From an uncultured virus (IMG/VR IMGVR_UViG_3300035698_018388) (Duplodnaviria > Heunggongvirae > Uroviricota > Caudoviricetes): a DNA stretch of 64,000 bases. The notes under the pieces were generated by a model that had not been told where the DNA came from, searched no databases, and was given only the letters and a program-made list of their open reading frames with translations. Location of the stretch: the IMG/VR virus record IMGVR_UViG_3300035698_018388; one strand, given 5' to 3'. The number at the start of each line of letters is the position of its first letter. The first letter of the stretch is position 1. Shown one piece after another: positions 39,584 to 49,039 of this stretch. A program made the position numbers and the translations under genes.

Positions 39584-42385
39584 TTATGCCATTTCCCTTG
39601 CAATATTTTCTATTTGTTCCCATTCAAGAACAGGATCAAGCAAAGGAAGAAATAATAGATCCCTTAATTCAAATGGACGTTCGCTATCATAGCCTGCAAT
39701 GATATCTGCTCCTGTTGTATACGCTCCATCAAAGGCAAATATCGCTCCCCACTTAATGATACGAGAAGAACAATCAAGCGCTCCAATTTGAAACTTTCTA
39801 CTCGTTCCATCTTTAGATCCCCAATGTATAAAAAGGATATAAGAAGTACCGGCAACAAAAGTCAATGCAAGAGTTGCTTCTGTTGTTCCATCATGGGACG
39901 CAAAGCCATTACTACTAACATCATGATAAAGAAATAAGCCGTCTGCATTAATGGATAGAAAAGCATTATCGGCAGATGCTTGGGCTTCTGAAAATCCGGG
40001 GGTAATTCTACAAAACATAGTTCCTTGCGCTTCTACCTCTACTTCCTTTACTGTAAAATTGGTAACAGATCCGTTGAATGTTGTAGATGATTCAACCGCA
40101 AATCGTGTGCTTGTTGCTTTTATGTAACTGGTGAATACTCCATCAGCACCACCAGAAGCACCAATGGCTCCACTTCCCAACCGCAACCAAGCACTTCCTG
40201 CAATCCAATTCTTAATTTCAAAAGAGCATTTATACATTTGGCCAACAGTCAATACTACATCTTCCCACATTCGCCATTGACTAAATTGAGTTCCGTCTTG
40301 ATCATATTCATCATTTACAGCATCGTAAGTCCAGTTCCCTTGGGCAACATCAAACCAATCAGTAGTACAATCACCAAGAGGAAGTAATTCAGCTCCAAGT
40401 TCTTCTGCAAATTTAACATCGGCAGGAAGTGAAATCTTCTGTATTCCTGCTTCGGAAACACGAACATGGCCGTATTCTACTACTTCGACATCATCAACGG
40501 ATATAACCAAAGCAGCAGCGCTGATAATACTTAGAGATCCACCGGCCCCGGCAATCCCGTACAACACATAGTCACCAGACGCAGTGATGTCTTTTATTTT
40601 TGTGGCCCCAAAATAGATCCGCGCAGTTCCAACACAATCTGTCAAAGATGCACTAAATCTATAAACAAGACCCTCCGTTAATATCGCTTGCGAAAGTGTT
40701 GCAATCCCATTTCCAATCTTCTGCGCCTTCCCCGTAAGACTTCCCGCCGTGGCTTGAGGAGCCCAGCCTGTTCCTGCGGTCCAGTGAGTGAAGGTGACCG
40801 GAAACACCTTGTCCCCTGCGTCCAGAAGTCCTACACCTGTAGTTGTCGCGTTAAAGTAGGTTCCCGCAACATTATCCGGCGAACCCGCAGAAATAAAATC
40901 ACCATCTGTTCTAAGGGATATGAGATAACAATTACCGATTGTGAGCAGGCCGGTAGCAAGCTCTCCAACATCGTCAGTCACACAATCAAAACCGGGATCA
41001 ATTACTTTCTCGATTGCGCCGTCGGTGAGGGTGAGATTTGCTACCCAACCGGAGATGTCTTTTGCTGTCTGTCCGTTATTACGGGAAGCAATACCGTAGG
41101 CATATCTAAAGGCTGTATTAATTACGGTGCCGCCAATCGTATCAATATCGCCAGCAGCGCCAGCGTCACGGAGTGCTGCCGTTGAATATATCTCTGCCGC
41201 AGCGGTAGTTCCTGTGCGATCAATAGACAAATAAACCACAGTCCCCGTATCGATTTTCTCGGACGTGTCAATCGCAGCCGTTAATGCCCCTTCATCACAC
41301 TCCTGTAGTCTGATTTGATACTGTGTAGGACTGGCCCATATCATCGAAATAGATAAATAGCTCCCATTTGCAATATCTATATCTCCAAGATCATCATCAG
41401 CATTAGATACTGCCCAAGTGTAAAATTCTGAGTACCCATCAACTCCATTATCTGTCATACATATAGTCACCCGATGCGTGAAATCAGTTATCGCACCAGC
41501 GGTTTGATCCAGCGTCAAGTAGTAATCTTCGTCTCTGTCACCATTTACAAGTTCAATTATACTTGGGTAGACATTCAATTTGCCGGGAACATCTGTTTCT
41601 GAGCCGGTCGAGAAATCTTGCATCGTCGCAAGCGAAAGGCCATCATTGTTAATCGCGCTTGTCGCATATATGGTAGTAAAAAGATTTGGAATACAAACTT
41701 CGATTGTATCACCAGAAGTAGCAAGTTTAAACCCTAATTGAGGATCGGCTGCGGCCTTACTAACAGAAAAGTATTGATAGGAAGACGTCAATACTTTTAC
41801 TGTCCATGTCCCTCCATTATCAATGGTCATACTAAAAGCACCAGTTCCAGTTTTTCTTCTTACCCCAACAAGGAAAGTATGATCAGTTGTAGATGATGTT
41901 TGAACAGCAGAAATTAATGTTCCATCATTTGCTCCAGCAGTTAAAGTCCATGCTTTATTTGCAACACCGAACCAATCTGTAGCGTCCATTACCGGAGTAA
42001 GATTCGTATCCGTCCAATCGGTCAGAACTTGCAGAAGTATATTCGCCCCTGCGCCTTCATTCAGTAATCCATTCTGCTGGATACGAGGAGTATTGGTTAC
42101 TCCATATTGCATTATCCCATCTTTATCAATATAGGTAGCATATCCCATACGAGTCAATGTATAATCGACAGTCCATGCATCTATACCCCACCACCAAGGA
42201 GTATTAAACCGATGGAATGGAATGAAGGCTTTTGTGCTAAACCTTTTCTCTATTCCATTTACGGATATATAATCCCTCTGGATATTGGCATTAATAGTTA
42301 AACCATTTCCTCCACCACGGCTAAGAAGAAGGTTTTCGCCATTAACTTCAAGAACAGGATTCTTTGATCGTATCGGTGCTAACAT
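39584..42385 (-). CDS. large fibre/spike-like virion protein
   Basis: TR...ATY.D.DG......N.PR....GLL.EG...N.L N-terminal motif of phage fibre proteins; several CBM-like blocks. Confidence 0.65.
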   Translation of the reverse strand: MLAPIRSKNPVLEVNGENLLLSRGGGNGLTINANIQRDYISVNGIEKRFSTKAFIPFHRFNTPWWWGIDAWTVDYTLTRMGYATYIDKDGIMQYGVTNTPRIQQNGLLNEGAGANILLQVLTDWTDTNLTPVMDATDWFGVANKAWTLTAGANDGTLISAVQTSSTTDHTFLVGVRRKTGTGAFSMTIDNGGTWTVKVLTSSYQYFSVSKAAADPQLGFKLATSGDTIEVCIPNLFTTIYATSAINNDGLSLATMQDFSTGSETDVPGKLNVYPSIIELVNGDRDEDYYLTLDQTAGAITDFTHRVTICMTDNGVDGYSEFYTWAVSNADDDLGDIDIANGSYLSISMIWASPTQYQIRLQECDEGALTAAIDTSEKIDTGTVVYLSIDRTGTTAAAEIYSTAALRDAGAAGDIDTIGGTVINTAFRYAYGIASRNNGQTAKDISGWVANLTLTDGAIEKVIDPGFDCVTDDVGELATGLLTIGNCYLISLRTDGDFISAGSPDNVAGTYFNATTTGVGLLDAGDKVFPVTFTHWTAGTGWAPQATAGSLTGKAQKIGNGIATLSQAILTEGLVYRFSASLTDCVGTARIYFGATKIKDITASGDYVLYGIAGAGGSLSIISAAALVISVDDVEVVEYGHVRVSEAGIQKISLPADVKFAEELGAELLPLGDCTTDWFDVAQGNWTYDAVNDEYDQDGTQFSQWRMWEDVVLTVGQMYKCSFEIKNWIAGSAWLRLGSGAIGASGGADGVFTSYIKATSTRFAVESSTTFNGSVTNFTVKEVEVEAQGTMFCRITPGFSEAQASADNAFLSINADGLFLYHDVSSNGFASHDGTTEATLALTFVAGTSYILFIHWGSKDGTSRKFQIGALDCSSRIIKWGAIFAFDGAYTTGADIIAGYDSERPFELRDLLFLPLLDPVLEWEQIENIAREMA

Positions 42386-42409
42386 TTGCTACTCCTCAAA
42401 AAATGAATA

Positions 42410-42814
42410 TTAACTCCAACCACCAGCCGGTTGTGTAACGGCCCAGCCAGCGATTTCAAGGCCGAAGACATTGACAGCCGATATAATCAAAGACATATTA
42501 AGAACGTCTCCTGAGTGCAATATGAGAGTCCTTCCCGGCTGATACAGAACGTCATCTACTCCTAACATCGCTTGGGATATCAGAAGTTGATTATAGGCAG
42601 AATCAAGATGGTGGCTTAGATTAAGTGTATAATCTACAACGCTGATATGAACGGCAGACATATGCAACCGTATCATATCAATCTCAAATGCAAATGAAGG
42701 AGCAAAGGCTTCTGTAAACTCAACATCAGGAGCCACAGCAGCACTTCCACCACTTGCAAAAAAGGTAAAGTACTTTTGTCGTTGAACTGGCAGGTATTTG
42801 GCTGTAAAAGACAT
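42410..42814 (-). CDS. hypothetical protein
   Basis: ORF with AAGGAG RBS. Confidence 0.55.
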   Translation of the reverse strand: MSFTAKYLPVQRQKYFTFFASGGSAAVAPDVEFTEAFAPSFAFEIDMIRLHMSAVHISVVDYTLNLSHHLDSAYNQLLISQAMLGVDDVLYQPGRTLILHSGDVLNMSLIISAVNVFGLEIAGWAVTQPAGGWS

Positions 42815-42816
42815 TG

Positions 42817-43053
42817 TTATTCTCCTTTGTTTTCTTGGGACTCTTCAATTAATTTTTGTTTCAAATACATTGCTAAATCCAGTACCTCTTGATAAGCATC
42901 CAACAAAGAACTTCTGCCATTATTGGATTGTAAAGTGGTTCCATATTTCTTACGGCCAACTATATCCCGATCTTTCAAGTCTTTTATCACTTCAGGCAGA
43001 ACATCGATACGCCCTTTCTTTGGTTTTTGTTGTTTTGTCGCAGCTTCGTTCAT
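42817..43053 (-). CDS. small conserved phage protein (possibly MazG-like fold)
   Basis: G.KKYGTTL...DAYQE.LD...YL pattern. Confidence 0.55.
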   Translation of the reverse strand: MNEAATKQQKPKKGRIDVLPEVIKDLKDRDIVGRKKYGTTLQSNNGRSSLLDAYQEVLDLAMYLKQKLIEESQENKGE

Positions 43054-43685
43054 CTTCCTATTACTCCTTTTCCAAATAGCTTTAGAAGGTCTTTTATGGG
43101 GAGGTTATTATTGGGACTTACCAACTTTGCCTGATTCACCTTTTCAAGCCCTCTACTGCCCGCTGTGACCCCCAGAACGGTTGTCCATAGCATATATACA
43201 GACGAAGGAATATGGGTCCATGTAAAGATAAAGGGCACATATTCAATTCCGGCCTTTAATGCAGCGACTTTCAACACTTCCATTTTGTAATTAATGAAGT
43301 TTTGAACTATTTGGGAAACGAAGTAATCGCAGAATAAGGTAATGCCAAAAGCGAACCCATTAAAAGGTCTCCATGATCTTTGCCATAAGGAACTGGAAGT
43401 GCTTTCTGCCCTCATGGTCGTGTTGACTGTTTCTAAGCGCTTGGTGTCTTCCTTATACAGATCAAGGGTTAATTGCATGCCGGCTTTTTCGAATTCAAGT
43501 GCAATCTTCGGATCAGCCATTATCGCATCATGGGCCTGTTGCGGATCGGCCTTCCCTGTAATAGAAGAAGCCATACCAACAACCTGTTCAGCAACCTTTT
43601 CAGCATTGTCTCCTGCAAGTTTTCCTATAAGAGAAGGAATGTACTTTGCTGCTAATGAAATTGCAATTGGTATTAATGGAAGCAT
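43050..43685 (-). CDS. putative holin (3TM gene-transfer-release type)
   Basis: MR.E..S...W...WRP..GF, TM segments, LG....R..EK. Confidence 0.7.
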   Translation of the reverse strand: MLPLIPIAISLAAKYIPSLIGKLAGDNAEKVAEQVVGMASSITGKADPQQAHDAIMADPKIALEFEKAGMQLTLDLYKEDTKRLETVNTTMRAESTSSSLWQRSWRPFNGFAFGITLFCDYFVSQIVQNFINYKMEVLKVAALKAGIEYVPFIFTWTHIPSSVYMLWTTVLGVTAGSRGLEKVNQAKLVSPNNNLPIKDLLKLFGKGVIGR

Positions 43686-43897
43686 TCATTTTCTCCTTCT
43701 GTGAATATATTAACTTCTTCACACCGACATCTTAAAATTCCTGAATTGGCCGGGCACTTAGCAATTGACAAATCATGAAACTTTTCGCAAATAGAACAGT
43801 AGCCATATGTTGAAGCACAAGTATGACAATCTCCAATGCGATAAGCCTGACCACAATGGGAACAAACAACAAAATGATCGCCTGATGAATATAACAT
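43673..43897 (-). CDS. small Cys-rich protein
   Basis: Multiple CxxC pairs; AAGGAG RBS. Confidence 0.5.
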   Translation of the reverse strand: MLYSSGDHFVVCSHCGQAYRIGDCHTCASTYGYCSICEKFHDLSIAKCPANSGILRCRCEEVNIFTEGENECFH

Positions 43898-43907
43898 TCT
43901 TCACTCC

Positions 43908-44105
43908 TTAATGAATAGTCGGTTGTTCTCTTAAAAAATCTTCGTAATCTATATTCCTTTTTGCCATTACAATATTACAATTGGAGCACTTTATTAATAA
44001 TCCATCTTCGCTTTCTGTAACCATACCACAACCGCAATTAGGACAAGAGACGGTAAAGATTCTTTTTGCATCCAAGATATTAATGGGAACATTTTTAATA
44101 GCCAA
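43908..44105 (-). CDS. small zinc-ribbon protein
   Basis: CPNCG...CSNC; probable TTG start with GAGGAG RBS overlapping terminase stop. Confidence 0.5.
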   Translation of the reverse strand: MAIKNVPINILDAKRIFTVSCPNCGCGMVTESEDGLLIKCSNCNIVMAKRNIDYEDFLREQPTIH

Positions 44106-45804
44106 TTCCGCTTCTCCTCTTCCCACCGATCTTTTCGTATGCGATAACCTTATCGCCTTCATATACAGCAACGAGTTCTTCACCCTGTTTCATTTCCGGT
44201 TTCTCTAATGCCGTATTCTTATTCTCCCCTTCAACATGAACACGAATACCGAATACTTTCTTGGGCGCAGTTACCTTATTAAATGCTCCTGCTGATGAAT
44301 CCCATTGGTCTTTAAATTCGTAATTAGGAGCCTTTTCATGTTCATCAATAAACCCTCTATTCCAAGGAGCAATAAGGAGATACACTAATCCGTTATCAAC
44401 CGCTGCCTGATACGGTTCAGAACGGATTACTTTATTTCCTGTTACTCTTTCTGCTTCACTAAGTAAACCATTTTTAATAAGATTCTTCGTTGTCCTTTCT
44501 GCTGATTCTTTTCCTCCTGAACCCGGTTCCTGCTCATGCCATGTTTTAACATTTATATTTTTATAATAAGCATTACATAGAATAGCGAATGTTAATATTC
44601 GTTTTTCTCTTTTCGTATAATCCCATTGTCCTCTTTCAACACCTGCAACCAAAACATTCCCTGTCATTAATTGGAGCATAAAGATACCAGAGGAAAAATC
44701 TCCGCCACCTTCCGTTCCTGCTTTATCCCAATAAATTAATGCTTCCTTTACTAATGATTCATCAGGCATATCTTTCATGAACTTAAAATTTTCAACTTTA
44801 AAGATACCACCACCACGAGGAGAAGGTCGCTGCTGTAATTGACCTGCCCTTGAATACTCCGTCATCCGTGCTTCTCTCTTTTTTAACTTGCGATCAGGGA
44901 AACGACCCTTATCTAATTCTTCGCCTTCTTTCGTTCTGGGATCTTCAAACTGTAATGGTGTTCTTGTTTGTAAATTTAATTCTCTTTCCTTTTCAAAACG
45001 AGCAGGTAGTATTAAACGAACAACATCATTTCCGCTTTCAACATCCATTGCCTTTTCCATTACATGACCGCAAAGATCCATATAATGTGTTCGTTGTGCA
45101 ATAATTACATATGCTCCTGTATCTTCATCATCTAAACGAGTAGACATACTTTCATCCCACCAAACGTTTGTCTCCCCTCTGATTCTATCCGATTCAGCTT
45201 GCTTCACATTATGTGGATCATCGACAACTATTCTATCTCCACCTTCACCAGTTCCCATTCCACCAACAGATGTAGCAATACGATATCCTGTTTTGTTATT
45301 ATCGTATCTTGTTTTTTGGTTCTGATCAGAAGTTAGAGTAAAACGATCACCCCAATTATTCTGATACCAATCAGATTGTATAATTCTTCTTGATTTTAAT
45401 GCGTCTCTTGTAGAAAGATCTTGTGCATATGAGGAGTACACATAACGCATTGTAGGAAGGTTTCTCGGACCCCATTCCCATGTAGGCCAAAGAACTGAAA
45501 CACATAATGACTTCATATGACGAGGAGGAACGTTTATAATAAGATAATGGATTACTCCATTCGTAACCGCTTCAAGGTGTTCACAAATAGCATCTAAATG
45601 CCAGTTCCATATCAGCGGTTTCTTTGGCTCTAACAAAGGCCATGCTAATCTGGCATACTGTCTCAAAGACTTTTCCGCAAGAACCATTTCAACAAGAGCA
45701 ATAGATGGGATATTTTCTAATATCGCTCTACTCTGACTCTTGCTGATCGTCTTCGGTATTCGCCTTGTTATTGATCTTTTGGAGGATATCTGTAAAGTGT
45801 TCAA
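44095..45804 (-). CDS. terL: terminase large subunit
   Basis: INVPPRHMKS Walker A, IVVDDPH Walker B, YWDKA and DQWD nuclease motifs, QQ.P.P.GG.IFK; start uncertain. Confidence 0.95.
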   Translation of the reverse strand: MNTLQISSKRSITRRIPKTISKSQSRAILENIPSIALVEMVLAEKSLRQYARLAWPLLEPKKPLIWNWHLDAICEHLEAVTNGVIHYLIINVPPRHMKSLCVSVLWPTWEWGPRNLPTMRYVYSSYAQDLSTRDALKSRRIIQSDWYQNNWGDRFTLTSDQNQKTRYDNNKTGYRIATSVGGMGTGEGGDRIVVDDPHNVKQAESDRIRGETNVWWDESMSTRLDDEDTGAYVIIAQRTHYMDLCGHVMEKAMDVESGNDVVRLILPARFEKERELNLQTRTPLQFEDPRTKEGEELDKGRFPDRKLKKREARMTEYSRAGQLQQRPSPRGGGIFKVENFKFMKDMPDESLVKEALIYWDKAGTEGGGDFSSGIFMLQLMTGNVLVAGVERGQWDYTKREKRILTFAILCNAYYKNINVKTWHEQEPGSGGKESAERTTKNLIKNGLLSEAERVTGNKVIRSEPYQAAVDNGLVYLLIAPWNRGFIDEHEKAPNYEFKDQWDSSAGAFNKVTAPKKVFGIRVHVEGENKNTALEKPEMKQGEELVAVYEGDKVIAYEKIGGKRRSGIGY

Positions 45805-46354
45805 GTTCTTTACCTGTTAATGTTCTTAATGCTTCAAGAGTTATTTCTTTTATTCCCTGCCCAACATCGCCAGTTATATCCGCTTCTATTTTTAACTTTT
45901 CGTTGGTAACTTCTTCATCATGGATATTATAATTGCGGTTCTGTCCATATGTTTCTCGTGCTATTAATTCAAGATAACGAGCAGCAGCTTTCCAATCAGG
46001 ATTGGTTATCTTATTTACAGTTGTTATTTCTCTTCCTTTTGGCCCTCTTACTACTTTCTTTTCTTTAAACGAATGACCGCCTTTTGCTGCAAGACGTATG
46101 ATTTCAATTGCTTCTTTTTCCCGTTCATTTATAATTGATTTAACATTTCTCCTAAAACGATTGTGAAAGAAATCATTAGGGTCTCTTCCCTTTATCATCC
46201 AATCTCTAAAAGTAGCATATGTGATACCAGAAAGTTCAACTGCTCTTGTTAATGGAAGTTTTGCTTTCAATGAATCGTAAATGATTCTTTGGATTGCTCT
46301 GGTAAACTTTGATCGATTAGCTCTTGGATTCTTTCTTCTTGTTATTGCTCTCAT
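45728..46354 (-). CDS. terS: terminase small subunit
   Basis: HTH (A..LSGI...TF..W), DWKAAA.YLE motif, directly upstream of terL. Confidence 0.75.
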   Translation of the reverse strand: MRAITRRKNPRANRSKFTRAIQRIIYDSLKAKLPLTRAVELSGITYATFRDWMIKGRDPNDFFHNRFRRNVKSIINEREKEAIEIIRLAAKGGHSFKEKKVVRGPKGREITTVNKITNPDWKAAARYLELIARETYGQNRNYNIHDEEVTNEKLKIEADITGDVGQGIKEITLEALRTLTGKELEHFTDILQKINNKANTEDDQQESE

Positions 46355-46398
46355 TTTTCCTTTCCTTAACCCAAATACTTCTCATGTAATTTAATGAC

Positions 46399-46427
46399 AA
46401 TATATTCGTTATAATACCATATGACAA
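46399..46427 (-). promoter_or_regulatory. sigma70-type promoter for the morphogenesis arm
   Basis: TTGTCA-17bp-TATATT on minus strand about 45 nt upstream of terS; atgacaata occurs twice. Confidence 0.5.
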
Positions 46428-47188
46428 TAAAAAAGATTATAATTGCCTTTATTTGCGAAAAAGCATGTATAGAACGTAAAAAATATATTGATTATAGTAT
46501 ATATGGCCTCTTAAGTACCATTATACTTTTATTGTATTCTTTCAATTACTTCTATATAAGAACTGATAAGAACTCCTTTAATACCGGCTTTGAATAAAAA
46601 ACCGAAGAAAAGGGGAACAATGTGGTATTTTACTTAAATATACCCATGTTATATCACATTTTTATGCTATAAATACAGTAACTTAGCAAAATAGCTGAAT
46701 CCCCGATTAACAGGGACTAACAGAAGCCGCTTGCAATATGGCATAAAAACAGTCACTTATAGTCAGTTGCAGGTCCCCGATTGAAGGTACTTTACAAGCG
46801 GCATTTAATCCCTTATTCTATACGGCTTCGCATAGAAAGCGGCCCAATGATATCAGGGATCTACAGCGTTTTTAAAAGTTGCCATTTTCAATGGATCGAA
46901 ATGGGTTTTTTCAGTCCCTTTTGTAAACGAGCCATTGAAGCGGCTTTAGGTGGTGTTTTTTATGTTGTGAAGGCGCTTCAATCGGGGCTTTATGAAATTG
47001 GCTCTAAAAAACGTAAAATATGACGATTTATTGCATTTTTAGGCTGTTTTTAGCCTAAGTGACCGATATATAACGAAATAATAATTTTTTAAGGTGTTTT
47101 TAGGTCTTTGAATATCGTCAATGATTATAGTCAGTTAAAAACGGCGCTGCCTGGTAGCCGATCGGGGCATTTATGGCCTGTTTTTATG

Positions 47189-47216
47189 TTGCATACAGCA
47201 GCAGGGGATATATAAT
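47189..47216 (+). promoter_or_regulatory. sigma70-type early promoter
   Basis: TTGCAT-16bp-TATAAT. Confidence 0.5.
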
Positions 47217-47219
47217 GGT

Positions 47220-48078
47220 TGTGGTTCCGGGGTCCGGTGCCTTCACGCTCTTTACATAACGTTTTAATGATCGAATTTTTTAATGGCCTTTGCCGCTGGG
47301 TTTAATTTGTTGGTCGGCATTGGCTGCGCATCCCGCAAGTTGTCTTTTGGCCTTTACAGGTTTTTTCGGTTTGTATCGCGGGCGCTGTCTAAGCTTCTGG
47401 AAATCATTAAAACTTGGGATAACCTTTTCGGTGGCCTTGTTGCGAAACAATGCCGGATCTAATCGATCCCCTTTCAAAAGTAAAGTTTTTTAATCTTCTA
47501 CAGTAACCTCTGAGATACGGTGGGCGAATTCATTAGGTTGAAAGATTTTACCATAGACCCATTCAGTGAGCCATAATGTCAAATCCAAAAATCTACCTGT
47601 CCATAAACTTCATGCATACGAGGATGTTTTTCTTCTCCCAGATGCTATATGGAATTTTTGAAATGCGTGCCTGATTTATTTAGTAGGGAGCGTCCGCATT
47701 ATGCATATATCCCACAAGTCCATTTAAAAGTAACCGCGAAACGAGAATAGAGAAGGCGAATATCTTCAGTAGCCCCAAAATAAACAAGACGGCGAAAATA
47801 TGGATTATGGTTATGTTTTAAAACATGATGTTTGTACCGGGAAGAAAATAGCGTAGGTGAAGAAATTAAGTAGCCTCATGGCAAAACCAGTCAGGAAGTA
47901 AAGATTGAATCGAGTCCAGTTATTTTAAAGCCTCGGATCTTTGCTTTCTTAAAGATTGGCTCTTATAAGTCCGGGCGGCATTACAAAGCCAATTGATCGT
48001 TTTATTGGCACTTCATGTTTAAAGGCATAACTTAGGGATTCTCCTCCTCCTTAAAGATGGGACCGGGCAACCGGTCCC
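47220..48078 (+). ncRNA. putative large structured leader/ncRNA (~850 nt)
   Basis: No credible ORF; several hairpins (ttgtt-gcga-aacaa, ggatc/gatcc, agccataat/attatggtt); ends in gggaccgg-gcaa-ccggtccc. Confidence 0.45.
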
Positions 48079-48111
48079 TACCTTTTAAGTACACGATGGA
48101 AAGGAAATAAT

Positions 48112-48330
48112 ATGAAAAGATTTATTATTATGGCTACTGGAAAAAAAGAAGTTTACGGATACTCTAAAGTGATGTGTAATTTTATTTCTTTCCGACCGGG
48201 TCGTTTGAATATTTCAGAATGTAGTATCTTTGTTGAAAACGAAGTTGATAAAAAAGTTAATGCTCTTATGACCTTCTGGAATAACGTTCCTAATAGTGGT
48301 TATTCAGATATTAAAAAAATTGAAATATAA
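48112..48330 (+). CDS. hypothetical early protein
   Basis: AAGGA RBS; enclosed by 21 bp inverted repeat. Confidence 0.6.
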   Translation: MKRFIIMATGKKEVYGYSKVMCNFISFRPGRLNISECSIFVENEVDKKVNALMTFWNNVPNSGYSDIKKIEI

Positions 48331-48398
48331 ATTTTGCATCGTGTATTTAAAAGGTAGAATATCTTAAAAAAACAAAACCTAACAAGGAGGAGTTAAAA

Positions 48399-48674
48399 AT
48401 GATTAAGAAAACTATTAATGTTGAAGAATTAAAGAACATGGTAAATTCAAGACTTTTACATTCTTTAGATGACCACAAAGGAAAACGAGAAGGTCAAATT
48501 GATTTGATCGAAACCATTCTAATGAAAACTGGAAATTATAATGGCTACAATTTTTTGGATGCTGAAAAAATGAAAGGCTCCTCAAATGGCACTACCGTTG
48601 GTATTAAAGAACAAAAAGCAGACGGAAGTTGGAATTTTGACGATACCGACCACACCCGAATTTATTTTTATTAA
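48399..48674 (+). CDS. hypothetical early protein
   Basis: AAGGAGGAG RBS. Confidence 0.7.
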   Translation: MIKKTINVEELKNMVNSRLLHSLDDHKGKREGQIDLIETILMKTGNYNGYNFLDAEKMKGSSNGTTVGIKEQKADGSWNFDDTDHTRIYFY

Positions 48675-48683
48675 AAAAAAGTA

Positions 48684-48740
48684 TTTCTAATTTCATCGGT
48701 GCTTTACTTGAAAGGGTAAAGCACTCATTGAAGATAGAAA
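48684..48740 (+). repeat. type A intergenic stem (RNase III-like), copy 1
   Basis: tttctaatttcatcg-gtgctttac..gtaaagcac-tcattgaagatagaaa. Confidence 0.75.
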
Positions 48741-48770
48741 GTTAACGTAAAACAAATAAGGGGGAGAAAA

Positions 48771-48944
48771 ATGTTAAAAACAAGTACGAGAAAAACAAAG
48801 TATGGATACCGTGGATATGTTATTTGTTACAACGGCAAAAAAAGGTTATGGTGTGAAAGTGCAGGAATTGACAGGATCAAAAGAGAACATGCTCAAGAAG
48901 ATGCGAATTTGAGAAAAAAAGATAGAGAACAAACATGGGTTTAA
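48771..48944 (+). CDS. hypothetical early protein (57 aa)
   Basis: MLKTSTRKTKYGYRGY...; AAGGGGGAGAA RBS. Confidence 0.65.
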   Translation: MLKTSTRKTKYGYRGYVICYNGKKRLWCESAGIDRIKREHAQEDANLRKKDREQTWV

Positions 48945-48948
48945 TAAA

Positions 48949-49013
48949 TATCGAAACGGGGAGTAATCCCCGTCTATGTAAAGTGATTCTTTGCATACTG
49001 ACGAGATAAATCA
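48949..49013 (+). ncRNA. hammerhead ribozyme, type II (canonical core)
   Basis: tatc-GAAA-cgggga/tccccg-TC-tatgtaaag/ctttgcata-CTGACGA-gata; loop tgatt pairs with 3' aatca; predicted cut after 48974. Confidence 0.92.
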
Positions 49014-49039
49014 AACAACAATTAAATAAGGAGGAGAAA

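Noticed and set aside
46781..47493. ORFs 46781-47023, 47280-47477, 47290-47493
   Set aside because: No RBS, atypical composition and non-ATG starts; region better explained as non-coding
48059..48086. Group II intron 3' end (domain VI-like hairpin followed by cctacc)
   Set aside because: No domain V (AGC triad hairpin) upstream and no reverse transcriptase ORF
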